Shown here piece by piece: positions 13,135 to 24,915 of a DNA stretch of 64,000 nt. The stretch comes from Mobula hypostoma (lineage: Eukaryota). A model generated the notes under the pieces. That model did not search any database, was not told the origin of the DNA, and saw nothing but the letters and a program-made list of their open reading frames with translations. The translations under genes were made by a program, and so were the position numbers. Numbering within the stretch: the stretch's first letter is position 1; the number at the start of each line of letters is the position of its first letter. The stretch is from assembly GCF_963921235.1 (NCBI RefSeq), contig NC_086108.1, positions 89,468,001 through 89,532,000 of the forward strand, given 5' to 3'.

Positions 13135-13600
13135 GGATTTCAACAAGGAAGCTTGCCTCCTGACTTTCTGACTAACCCCACCATGGGGAACCTTGTCAAA
13201 TGCCTTACACCACATCCATTGCTTCATCAATTTGTTTTGTCACTTCTTCAAAGAACTTAATCAGGCTCATGAGGCACGATCAGCCTCTCACAAGTCCATG
13301 CTGACTATCCCTAATCATACTATGCCTCTTCAAATGCTCATAAAATCTGTTTCTCAAAATCTTCTCCAATAGTTTGCCCACCACTAACTTAAGACTAACT
13401 GGACTATAATTCCCAGTGTTATCCCTACTCCCCTGCTTGAACATTAACTGGCCTATCACTGTGGTTCCCATCCCTCTATCCAACAGTTTAATGGTATAAA
13501 CCCTCCTCAACAGTTCTAGCAGACATACCCACAAGGATATTGGTCCCTCTCGAGTCCAGGTGTAACCTGTTACTTTTGTTCTTTTGTACCGTATATCCCA
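13135..13600 (-). mobile_element. CR1 fragments
   Basis: GNYSPVSLKLVVGKLLEKIL, SQHGLVRG, KAFDKVPHG. Confidence 0.85.
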
Positions 13601-13655
13601 TGATTCTATATCCAAAGGTCTATGTTTTGGACTATGTTTCCAGTACCACCTAATT

Positions 13656-13873
13656 TGTGTTGTTGTTCAGTCATTTAGTCAAAACCAACTCTTCATGACC
13701 TCATGGACCATAGGGTCCGTATGGTTTTCATGGCAAGATACAGAAGTAGACTACCAGGCCTTTTTCCTGCACAGATACTGCTGCTGCTCAGGTTGGGACC
13801 CATCTGGATTTGACTCAAGACCATCTGCCTTGAAGTCCAGCACTGATGCCACTACACCACCAGCTGGCCCCCT
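13656..13873 (-). mobile_element. tRNA-headed SINE with an RTE/BovB-like tail
   Basis: Minus strand: A-box-like TGGTGTAGTGG, B-box-like GAGTCAAATCC; 3' end GTCCATGAGGTCATGAAGAGTTGG...GACTGAACAACAAC; 9-bp TSD CACCTAATT at 13647-13655 and 13874-13882. Confidence 0.8.
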
Positions 13874-14151
13874 CACCTAATTACAATCACCTAAATGCAA
13901 ATGTTCCCATAATTGCACTGAAACCCAGTCAGCGCATGATTGAATAGTGAATTGCAATACTATTCATCAGTAGCTATCAATATGTGACAGCCAAAAGAAG
14001 GGAAGGAGGCCACTGAGTCACTCTGTACCTGCAGGAGAAATATTTCTCATTAGAGTTTATTTAAACAAAAGGCCATCCAGCTGAAGAAAGATATGGCAGA
14101 GATATGGAACTGTCTCTGTTTTTGTACTTGTCTAGCAGTCTCTTAAATTTC

Positions 14152-15075
14152 ACAGTGGAGTTGGGGTCGCAGGGCACCTAAATGAAATGAGATCTTCCCA
14201 AGCACAAGATCATTTGGGCAGAGCTTTGGAGAATGGCGTCCTTCCACATTTCTTTTCTCCCTACACCATCACGGCTGCACACATTCGGGCTAAGAGCCAA
14301 CTCTAACTGCAAGCTTTGTGGTCAGCGGGGTTCACTGGCACTCATACTGTCAGGATGCAAAACAGCTTTAGCACACATATGGTATAGGTGGCACCATAAC
14401 AAGGTCCTTCTGTCCCTTGCTGACACACTGGAGTGAGAGAGGTATAGAAAGAGACCAGTGGCAGAGAGGCAAACAGGGCAATCATTTCCATCAAGAAGAG
14501 GGCCACGCCAGTCGTATCAAAGAGGCCTAAATCCAATCTGCTGCAAACAGCCAAATCATGGGAGATGAGGGTCAATGTGGGGAGGAAGCTGCAGTTCTCA
14601 GGAGTGGTGCAAACCACACTTCAACCAGACATCATACTGTTGTCCACTGAAGACAAGAAAATCATCCTGGTGGAGTTCACAGTACCATGGGAGGAAGGAT
14701 ACGAAGAGGTTCATGAGAGGCCCTGAAGTACCGGTTCTTAGTCCAGGAGTGCAGGGACAAAGAATGGCTGATGTGGCTATTCTCCGTGGAGATCAGGGTT
14801 CCCAGCAAGGCTGGCATGAAGGTTGCTGTCTGTGCTGAGCCTTGATGGAAAGAACAAGAACCAAGCAGGCCGCAGGATGGGGGAGGAAGCAGAAAGAGCC
14901 TCTTGCTGGATATGGAGCAGGCGAGAGGAGTTGAGCAGTGACTTGGCCACCACCACTGACCCACCAACTGGAGTGTGTAGTGGTTAAGTGTCAGAACACT
15001 CTGTGAAGGTTGGGCACCACCTGACACCATCTGCTCCTGGCCAAAGGCTACAGTTACCTCATCAGGTAATTTAAG
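14152..15075 (+). mobile_element. 3' fragment of a restriction-like-endonuclease non-LTR retrotransposon (HERO-like), degenerate
   Basis: Degenerate CCHC knuckle CKLCGQRGSLALILSGC, RWHHNKVL, and LQPDIIL...LVEFTVPWEE (PD..E nuclease motif) across frameshifts. Confidence 0.8.
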
Positions 15076-15569
15076 AGAGCACCCCGGTCGGTGTATGATA
15101 CAAGCATGCTTTTGGAATGAGTCATTATGAAGTGGGGTTCATCACCATGAATACATTTACAGGCATGCTTTTATTGTTCTGCCAAATTTGGTCATAATCC
15201 TGCCACATCTAATACCTAATCAAGGAAGTCAGATGATTGAATGTTTACAATTTGCTCTAGGAGATCCCTGTATCTTTCTCTTTTCGTCTAAATAGTCATA
15301 AATCCTGTAAAGGTGGAAGCTGAAGTAGTTTCATTGGGATTTGAATCTCATATCTTTTATTTCCCAGCAGAGTTGTTGCACTTTGATATACATTTTGTAA
15401 TATGCCTGTTCGGGAATGGTCATTGGCTCTTGGTTGAAGCAATGAATCTCTCAACACACAAACCATCTTTTCATATCCATTTATTAATCTTTTTGCATTG
15501 AAATTATGCCCAGTTCAGTAAGATTTCAATACCTAAGGAGGGAATTATCATGAAAACATTGTATCTAAG

Positions 15570-15803
15570 AATCACAAACATGAGAAAATCTGAAGATGCT
15601 AGAAATCCAGATAAGCACATAAAATGCTGGAGGAACTCAGCAGGCCAGGCACTATCTATGAAAATAAATAAACAGTCGATGTGTCAGGCCGAGACCCTTT
15701 ATTAGGAAGGTGAAGGGTCTCAGCCCAAAATGTTGATTGTTTACTGTTTTCCATTGATGCTGCCTAGCCTGCTGAGTTCCTTCAGCATTTTGTGTATATT
15801 GTG
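15570..15803. mobile_element. Fold-back mini-element made of two inverted Penelope-like termini
   Basis: AAAATGCTGGAGGAACTCAGCAGGCCAGGCA pairs with TGCCTAGCCTGCTGAGTTCCTTCAGCATTTT; 11-bp TSD TTGTATCTAAG at 15559-15569 and 15804-15814. Confidence 0.85.
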
Positions 15804-16150
15804 TTGTATCTAAGTGTTTTATCTGCGTGTAGTCTCTAAACAGTGTTGAATGTTTTAATATGCAAATACCTTTTAATTATAGAACTGGTACAAGGTCTCT
15901 TTTTCAGTAAGGGCTTTACTTAAGGATTAGACATATCCTAAATCCGGAACTGGATTTACAGTAGATAGAACTGAAACTAATAACAGCCTAATGTGTACTG
16001 TGATATTTTGAAAAAGGCATAAACCCAGAATTTATAGTACAGCATTTACTATAAAACCTATCGAGCTCACTAGCGTAATATTACAGGTTTAGATTTAGAT
16101 TCATTAAGGATCTGTTGCATAACAGCATTAAAGCACAGCCATATGCACAG

Positions 16151-16154
<4 letters not shown>

Positions 16155-16202
<48 letters not shown>

Positions 16203-16288
16203 ACACACACACATGCACAGACACATACACACACGCAAGCACACACACACAGACAAACACATACATACACACAAACACACACACACAC
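16155..16288. repeat. (CA)n microsatellite, imperfect
   Basis: Direct reading. Confidence 0.97.
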
Positions 16289-17544
16289 CTTTGACTTCCA
16301 AACCCTTCTGACCCAGGAGCCTTGACTATCGGGTCCCGCCTTCCAGACTCACCGACTTCCGTCTTCAAGGCTCAGGATTCAACCTTCGTTATCGACTCAA
16401 GGACTCGCCAATCACGGCTTGGCTTCAATCTCTGGACTCGCACAGTCTTCCAACTCCGGGACTTGCCAACATGGCAGGGTCATCCTTGGCCCAGTTTGTG
16501 AAGAAATGTATTGAAACATTAAAATAATCCTAAATGTTACTCTTAAGTAGCTGGCAAATGGATGCCTGTACAATAAGTAGGAATACTAAGATTGGAGGAA
16601 TATTTAGATTTAGATTTTTTAATAATCAGAATGAAAATTGTAAACCCTCCACCCTCTCTCAAGTTCTAAGGAAGGGTTGCTGACCACATCTTTCCACATA
16701 TGCCGCTTGACTGGTTGAGTTCCTCCAGCATTTCTGTTACAGTTTGGTCTTACAGATAATGTGGATGATTCTGACAACCCAATGACCTGTAAAGGAACAT
16801 TGTAAATTCTCACCTATTGGTACATCTCCATAAAGGAATGACAGACATGAGCTTTTTGTTCCTCTTGGCTGAAAGGATAGGCTTCTTTTCATGGACAGAC
16901 TCTTCTAGAATAGTGTCCCGAAAAAGAATCTACTATAAATATATCATCGAGACTTCCACCCACATCATCTTCTCTCCTGCTTTTAATTTGCTATACTTAT
17001 TAACTTGTGAAAAATTATCTATAAAAATTACTGCTTACCTGTAGCCATAACTTAAGACTGGGTCCCTGATAAACTAGCCTGACATTTCTGCAGCTCATTA
17101 AACACTCATATCTTAGTAATATCTGGTCTTCTGATGTAAGGGCACATCTGACCAGGACGAAATCTTCAGACACGGATCATCTTCAAAAAGTATTGATAAC
17201 TTCTAAAAAATCCAAAATATTTTCTATAGAATCTCCAAGATAGAGATGTTCTCTGTATTTACTAGATAATTTGCAGGGAGAAAAGAAAACATTTCACTGT
17301 CATAGCTAAAAATAGCACAGGCCAGCTGGTTAGAAACACAATGTTGCTCAACACAAAATAGCTGACATTTTCCAGCCCTGTTTTTTTTGTTGTAATAAGG
17401 TAACTATGCAGGATTTGGTAACACATAGATATTGCATCCATTCCTAACAAAGGGTGTTGTAACTGACCATCCATCTATAATAGTGTTGATCACTTTAGCT
17501 AGATTTTCCTGAGGAGAAAGTATCTTGCTATTCCTCTTTAGCTC

Positions 17545-17630
17545 TATCTATCTATCTATCTGTCTTGTCTATCTATCTTTCTATCTATTAACCTATCTAC
17601 CCATCTACTTATCTCTTATCTATCTATCAA
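17545..17630. repeat. (TATC)n microsatellite, imperfect
   Basis: Direct reading. Confidence 0.85.
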
Positions 17631-18104
17631 ACATTTTTCTATCTGTTTATTATTTGTTTGTTTATTTACTCATTCATCCATTCATTCATTTATTTATGGT
17701 AACTTAGTAACTTTTATGTCTTGCACTGTATTGCTGCCACAAAACAACATATTTCACAGCATATGTCAATGAAATAGACCTGACTCTGATCTTGTTTCTG
17801 ATTCTGATGTGTCTAAGGCAATTATTTGTGTGGCCTGTGACTTTGTTAGGATGAGAGTTAGTCTACTATCATAATCTGAAGGTAAGCAATAGTAAAACAG
17901 CCTGAGAAACACCAAAACTTCAGATGCTGCTTAACTAGTTGATTTTACAACTAGACAATTAGCTGCAAAGAATAGAGCATAAGCTTACAGTCACCTGTGT
18001 CTACTGTGGGTCAGTTTCTCATCAGTGAATAAAGAAATTAAGTCAATCTAAACTATATGTTAATAGCCCTCCAAAACCTTCAGCAAAAATGCTCATTTGA
18101 AAGT

Positions 18105-18990
18105 TTTTATACTTTATACTTTATTGTCACCAAACAATTGGTACTAGAACGTACAATCATCACAGCGATATTTAATTCTGCGCTTCACACTCCCTGGATT
18201 ACAAATATTAAATATTAAAAATAGTTAAAATGAGTAAATATTAAAAATTTAAATTATAAATCATAAATAGAAAATAGAAAAATGGGAAGTAAGGTAGTGC
18301 AAAAAAAACGAGAGGCAGGTCTGGATATTTGGAGGGTACGGCCCCAGATCCGGGTCAGGATCCATTCAGCAGTCTTATCACAGTTGGAAAGAAGCTGTTC
18401 CCAAATCTGGCCATACGATTCTTCAAGCTCCTGAGCCTTTCCCCAGAGGGAAAAGGGACAAAAAGTGTGTTGGTTGGGTGGGTCGTGTCCTTGATTAGCC
18501 TGGCAGCACTGCTCTGACACTGTGCGGTGCGAAGTGAGTCCACGGACGGAAGATTGGTTTGTGTGATGTGCTGTGCCATGTTCACGATCTTCTGCCGCTT
18601 CTTTTGGTCTTGGACAGGACAACTTCCATACCAGGTTGTGATGAACCCTAGAGGAATGCTTTCTATGGTGCATCCATAAAAATTAGTGAGGGTTTTAGGG
18701 GACAGGCCAAATTTCTTTAGTTTTCTCAGGAAGTAAAGGCGCTGGTGGGCCTTCTTGGCAGTGGACTCTGCTTGGTTGGACCAAGTCAGGTCATTTGTGA
18801 TATTGACCCTGAGGAACTTGAAGTTTTTGACCTGTTCCACTTGTGCACCACCGATGTAAATTGGGTCGTATGGTCCGCTACTCCTTCTGAAGTCAACAAC
18901 CAATTCCATCGCCTTGCTGATGTTGAGGGATAGGTTATTGTCTTCGCACCATGCCACCAGGTTCTTAATTTCCTCTCTGTACTCAATCTA
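18105..18990 (-). mobile_element. Rex1/Babar-type LINE 3' part; 200-aa frame still open
   Basis: WCEDNNLSLNISK.MELVVDFR, KKAHQRLYFLRKL, LTNFY.CTIESI, RFGNSFFP. Confidence 0.88.
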
Positions 18991-19489
18991 CTTCTCAATC
19001 CACAACCATCCTATCTAGTTCCCATTTGAGAGTTCCAATGAACCTACTTCCACCACCCATTCCTATATCACCTGGAAGGAAAATAAATCTCATCTTCCCT
19101 CTGTTTTGTATTTGAGTTATCTGAAATCTGTGTCATATAGACAGCAATTTCTCTATCTATGAAACAGATTCATTTTATCAGCTCCATCAAGATCCTTCCT
19201 TATTTTAAACACATCCCCTCTCAACCATCTCCGTTTCAGATATGTGTCAAACTTCCTGTCAAAGCACTTCTAGCATCACCTTTCCCTCTGACTCATTTTC
19301 AATAAACCCATAGCGAAGTAGTATGTTATCGCACTTCAAATGTCAAGGAAACTACAAAGAAAGAAAAGCAAAAGGTTTCCACTAAGATATTTACAGAGAA
19401 TTATGAAGAAAATCATTAATACAACAGCCTGTTTACAGTTGTGGATTATTGTCATAGAGTCATACAGTTACAGTTCAAAGCACAAAAAT

Positions 19490-19955
19490 GTTAAAGTTCA
19501 AAGTAAATTTTATTATCAAAATATGTATACATATGTAACCATATATAACCCTGAGGTTCATTTACTATCAGCGTACGCAGCAAATCCATAGAATAGTAAC
19601 GATAACAGGACGAATGAAAGATCAACCAGAGAGCAGAAGGCAACAAACCCTGCAGATGCAAATATAAATAAATAGCAATAAATAATGAGAACATGAGATA
19701 ATAAGATACAGTCCTTAAAAGTGAGATCATTGGTTTTGGGAACATTTCAAAGATGGTGCAAGTGAGTGTAGTTATCCATTTTTATTCAAGAGCCTGGTGG
19801 CTGAGGGGTAGGAACAGTTCTTGAACCTGGTGGTGCGAGTTCTCAGGTTTTTGTACTTTCTACCTAATTGCAGCAGTGAGAAGAGAGCATGACCTGGATG
19901 GTGGGGATCACTAATGATGGATGCTGCTTTCCTGTGACAGCGTTTCACGTAGATG
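19490..19955 (-). mobile_element. Rex1/Babar-type 3' end
   Basis: KAASIISDPHHPGHALFSLL..GRKY..LRTRTTRFKN, plus the GATAATAAA...TTTACTTTGAACTTT tail. Confidence 0.85.
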
Positions 19956-20259
19956 AAATGAGGATGTTGGCCCGCCAAATTCACACTGACCATCAGGTAT
20001 CCATTTACATCATTAGTACAGTCATGCTATTTTATTCCTTCCACATTTCCATCAACTCGCCCTGATTCTATCACTCACTTACACATTTGGGACAATGCAA
20101 AGTGGCCAATTAACCTTGCAGCCCACGTGTGTTTGTGATGTGGGAGTAAGCACAGGAAACCCGTGTAATCGCAGAGAAAAGATGCAAATTCCACACCCAC
20201 AACACCAGTCGTCTGCATTGAACAAACCGCTGGAGCTGGGAGGAACAAATGTATGTCTG

Positions 20260-20897
20260 CAAACATGAGGAATTCTGCAGATGCTGAAAATTCAAGCAAC
20301 ACACATCAAAGTTGCTGGTGAATGCAGCAGGCCAGGCAGCATCTCTAGGAAGAGGTACAGTCGACGTTTCGGGCCGCGATCCTTCGTCAGGGCTAACTGA
20401 AGAAAGAGCTAGTAAGAGATTTGAAAGTGGGAGGGGGAGGGGGAGATCCAAAATGATAGGAGAAGACAGGAGGGGGAGGGATGGAGCCAAGAGCTGGACA
20501 GGTGATAGGCAAAAGGGATATGAGAGGATCACGGGACAGGAGGCCCAGGGAGAAGGAAAAGGGGGAGGGGGGGAACCCAGAGGATGGGCAAGGGGTATAG
20601 TCAGAGAGACAGAGGGAGAAAAAGGAGAGAGAGAGAAAGAATGTGTGTATATAAATAAATAACGGATGGGGTACGAGGGAGAGGTGGGGCATTAGCGGAA
20701 GTTAGAGAAGTCAATGTTCATGCCATCAGGTTGGAGGCTGGAGAAGGCAATGTTCATGCCATCAGGTTGGAGGCTACCCAGACAGAATATAAGGTGTTGT
20801 TCCTCCAACCTGAGTGTGGCTTCATCTTTACAGTCGAGGAGGCCGTGGATAGACATATCAGAATGGGAATGGGACGTGGAATTAAAATGTGTGGCCA
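20260..20897 (-). mobile_element. Penelope-like element 3' fragment (GIY-YIG C-terminus plus terminal repeat), inserted in a SINE-like host
   Basis: ATHFNSTSHSHSDMSIHGL...RLEEQHLIFCLGSLQPDGMNIDFS; near-TSD TGTAT(G/A)TCTG; internal 36-bp-period duplication at about 20713-20775. Confidence 0.85.
20358..20395 (-). ncRNA. Minimal type I hammerhead ribozyme motif; catalytic core intact
   Basis: Minus strand TAGCC-CTGACGA-A-GGATCGCGGCCC-GAAAC-GTC-GACTG; one mismatch each in stems I and II. Confidence 0.72.
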
Positions 20898-21002
20898 CTG
20901 TATATCTGTGCCACTTCCAAAATCATTTGGGTAGATGACAGACAAGATAAAACAAGTTTGGGGGATACTTATAGTCACAAGTATGAATGTTTAATGTTTG
21001 GG

Positions 21003-21870
21003 AGGGGCACGGTAGCATTGCAGTTAGTGCAAATGTTTGCCAATGCCAGCAATCACCGATTTAATTCCTGCTGTAAGGAGTTTGTACATTCTCTCTGAAA
21101 CCGGGCAGATTTCCTTCCACCTTCCAGAGTTGTACAGGTTAGGGTTAGGGTTGGTAAATTATAGGCATGCTATGTTGGGACCAGAAGCATAGTGACACTT
21201 ACAAGAGAAAATCTGCAGATGCTGGAAACCCGAACAACACACAAAAAGTGCTGGAGGAGCTCAGTTGGCTAGGCAGCATCGATGGAAAAAATACAGGCCA
21301 CCCTCAGGCTGGAGGAGCAACAGCTTATATTCCATCTGGGTAGTCTCCATCCTGATGGTATGAACATTGACCTCTCGAACTTCTGGTAATGCCCTCCTCC
21401 CCTCACCACTCTCTTACCTTACCTCCTTGCCTGCTCATTGCCTCCCTCTGGTGCTCCTCCCCGCTTTTCTTTCTTCCATGGGCTTCTGCCCTCTCCTATC
21501 AGACTCCTGCTTCTCCAGCCATGTATCTCTTTCACCAATCAACTTCCCTGCTCTTCCCTTCATTCTTCCTCCTGCCAGTTTCACCTATCACCTTGTGTTT
21601 CTCTCTCCGCTCCCCCCAGCTTTTAAATCTACTCCTCATCTTTTTTTTTCCGGTCCTGCCAAAGGGTCTTGGCCCAGAACGTCGACAATGTTCTTTCTAT
21701 AGATGCTGCCTGACCTGCTGAGTTCCTCCAACATTTTGTGTGTTTTGCACAATGACACTTGCTGGCTTCACCCACCATAATCATCAGACTTTATTGGTTG
21801 TTGACACAAAAGACACATTTCACTGTCTGTTCTGATGTTTGGATGTGCATGTGACAAATAACTGATACAT
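21003..21870 (+). mobile_element. Degenerate tRNA-derived SINE interrupted by a Penelope insertion
   Basis: Head GGGGCACGGTAGCA...GTTAG; body TGTAAGGAGTTTGTACATTCTC; resumes after 21760; related tail at about 6100-6250. Confidence 0.6.
21201..21746 (+). mobile_element. Penelope-like fragment with a short inverted 5' arm (21201-21296)
   Basis: LRLEEQQLIFHLGSLHPDGMNID; decayed hammerhead at about 21652-21688; near-TSD GCA(T/C)A(G/A)TGACACTT on both sides. Confidence 0.82.
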
Positions 21871-22389
21871 TAAAGCAAAATTAGCACAATTAATCACAGC
21901 ATAAAAGTCCACTCATTTTTCCTATCAAACCAATGGTGCTCATCTTTCAGTCAGAGTCTATTGTAACCTCATCATTCTATTAAATAAACAGCGAGGAAAG
22001 AACACTCACAGTGAATTACAAAGTTTTTTTCTCTCATGGCATCCAACCACTAGAGGGAGTGGAAAATGTTACGTAATCTTATGTAAAAATTTCATCAGTC
22101 CCTCACCTTATTGGTGGATGAAAACTTATATATATGAAACATGGTTAAAAAAAATAAACACTATATTAAAACTTTATACCTGACACTCCATATTTATTAA
22201 TTTAATCTACTTGGCAGTTTCTTCATTATGAACAGCATTTCTCAATTTATGCTAGAAAATCACCAGTAGTCAGTAATACTTCCTCTCACAGTGAATCCTT
22301 CTTCACTACGTCAGTTGCATAGCAAGTCTGGAAAATCATCGTCTTATGATAATAATATTGGCACCATTTTGTTTCTTCATCTTCACTTC

Positions 22390-23851
22390 AATACGTTCTA
22401 AGGCCTTGGCCTCAGTACCTCCTTGTACAATTGGATCCTCGATTTCCTCACTTGCAGATCCAAGTCAGTCCAAATTCACAGCAACATCTCCTCCACAATC
22501 TCCATCAGCACAGGTGCAGTATAAGATTGTGTGCTTTACAATGATGGCTGTGTGGTTAAGCACAGCTCCGATGCCATATTCCAGTCTGCTGACGACACCA
22601 CTGTCGCAGGCCAAATCAAAGGTGGTGATGAATCAGCACAGATGAAGAAGATTGAAAATCTGGCTGAGTGGTGCCATAACAATGTCCTCTTACTTAATGT
22701 TGGCAAGACCAGGAAGCTGATTATTGATTTCAAGAGGAAGAAACTAGAGTTCCGAGAATGAGTCTTCATCAGAGGGTCAGAGGCAGAGAGGGTCAGCAAC
22801 TTTAGCTTCCTCATTATTATTATTTTGGAGGACCTGCCCTGGCCCAGCACGCAGGTAGAACGATAAAGAAAGCACGGCAGACCCTCTATTTTCTTCGGAG
22901 TTTGCAGAGATTTAGCATGACATATAAAACTTTGACAAACTTCTATTGATGTGTATTGGACAGTATATTGACCGGTTGTATCACATCCTGGTATGGAAAC
23001 ACCAATGCCCTTGAACAGAAAATCCTACAAAAAGTAGTGGATTCAGCTCAGTCCATCACAAGTAGAGCACTTCCAACTATTGAGCACATCTATGTGAAAC
23101 GTTGTTGCAGGAAAGCAGCAACCATCATTAGGGACCCCATCTTCTCGTAACTGCCATCAGGAAGAAGGTTCAGGAGCCTCAAGACTTATGCCACCAGGCT
23201 CAGGAAGAGTTATTACCCCTCAACCATCAGGCTGTTGAATCAAATTGAATAACTTCACTCAATTTCAGTTGTCCCATCACTAAAATGTTCCCACAACCTA
23301 TGGACTAAACATTAAGGACTCCTCATCTCATCTTCTCGATGTTTATTGCTTATTTATTTATTTATTGTCTTTTTCTTTTGCATTTACACAGTTTGTTGTC
23401 TTTTGCACAGTGGTTGAATGCACCACGTGGCCAAGTGGTTAAGGTGTTAAACTAGCGATCTGAAGGTCGTGAGTTTGAGCCCCAGCCGAGGCAACGTGTT
23501 GTGTCCTTGAGCAAGGCACTTAATCACACATTGCTCTGCGATGACACTGGTGCCAAGCTGTATGGGTCCTAATGCCCTTCCCTTGGACAACATTGGAGAG
23601 GGGAGACTTGCAGTATGGGCAACTGCTGGTCTTCCATACAACCTTGCCCAGGTCTGCACCCTGGAGAGTGAAGACTTTCCAGGCACAGATCCATGGTCTC
23701 GCAAGACTAACGGATGCCTTTTGAATGCACAAGCTGATGCAGCCTTTCATGGATTCCATTAAGGTTATTGTTCTGTTATGGATTTATTGATTATACACTT
23801 AAGAAATAAATCTCAGAGTTGTGCATGGTGGCATATAGGTACTCTGATGAT
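22390..23851 (+). mobile_element. Rex1/Babar-type LINE RT 3' half and 3' UTR; tail resumes at about 24916-24945
   Basis: ADDTTVAG, LAEWCHNN.LLLNV.KT..LIIDF, SILTGCITSWYGN. Confidence 0.88.
23424..23720 (+). mobile_element. tRNA-derived SINE
   Basis: A box TGGCCAAGTGG, B-box-like GAGTTTGAGCC, GTGTCCTTGAGCAAGGCACTTAA body; 10-bp TSD TTGAATGCAC at 23414-23423 and 23721-23730. Confidence 0.88.
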
Positions 23852-24915
23852 AGTGGCCACCCATTTTAATTCCACTTCCTATTTCCATGCTGAAATGTCA
23901 GTCCATGGCCTCCTCTACTGTCACGATGAGGCCACAGTCAGGTTGGAGAAGCAATACTTTATATTCTGTCTTGGTGGCCTCCAATCTGATAGCATGAACA
24001 TTGATTTCTTGAACTTCGGGTAAAGCCCCCGCTTCACAATTCCCAGTTCCCATTTCCTTCTCTCACCTTAACTCCTTACCTGCCCATCACCTCCCTCTGG
24101 TGCTCCTCCCCTTTTCTTTCTTCCATGGCCTTCTGTCTTCTCCTATCAGACTCCCCCTTCTCCAGCCTTGTATCCCTTTCACAAATCAACTTCCCAGCTC
24201 TTTATTTCATCCCTCCCACCCACCTCCCGGTTTCACCTATCACTTTGCATTTCTTCCTACCCTCCCACCATCTTCGAACTCTGACTCCTCATCTTCTTTT
24301 TCTCCAGTCCTGATGAAGGGTCTTTGCTTGAAACATCATCAATACTACTTTTCCATAGATGCTGCCTGGCCTGCTGAGTTCCTCCAGCATTTTGTGTGTG
24401 CTGCTTGAATATCCAGCATCTGCAGATTTTAAAACCACAAACACGAGGAAATCTGCAGATGCTGGAAATTCAAGCAACGCACATAAAAGATGCTGGTGGA
24501 ATGCAGCAGGCCAGGCAGCATCTGTAGGAAGAGGTACAGTCGACGTTCCGGGCTGAGACCCTTCGTCAGGACTAACTGAAAGAAGAGATAGAAAGAGATT
24601 TGAAAGTGGGAGGGGGAGGGGGAGATCTGAAATGATGGGGGGGAGGGGGATGGAGCTAAGAGCTGGAAAGTTGATTGGCAAAAGGGATACGAGGCTGAAG
24701 AAGGGAGAGGATTATGGGGCGGGAGGCCTAGGGAGAAAGAAAGGGGGAGGGGAGCACAGAGGATGGGCAAGGAGTTATAGTGAGAGGAACAGAGGGAGAA
24801 AAAAGAGAGAGAGAAAAAAATAATAATTGATTAATAAGGGATGGGGTACGAAGGGGAGGTGGGGCATTAATGGAAGTTAGAGAAGTCAGTGTTCTGCAGA
24901 TTTTCTCTCGTTTGC
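23852..24915 (+). mobile_element. Penelope-like fragment (+) with a second one nested antisense at 24431-24892
   Basis: VATHFNSTSYFHAEMSVHGLL...RLEKQYFIFCLGGLQSDSMNIDF; inner insert flanked by 12-bp TSD TCTGCAGATTTT (24419-24430, 24893-24904). Confidence 0.85.
24537..24574 (-). ncRNA. Minimal hammerhead motif with intact stems and one core substitution (GAAA>GGAA)
   Basis: Minus strand TAGTC-CTGACGA-A-GGGTCTCAGCCC-GGAAC-GTC-GACTG. Confidence 0.6.

Noticed and set aside
16070..16368. Cys/Val- and His/Thr-rich ORFs
   Set aside because: Translations of the (CA)n microsatellite
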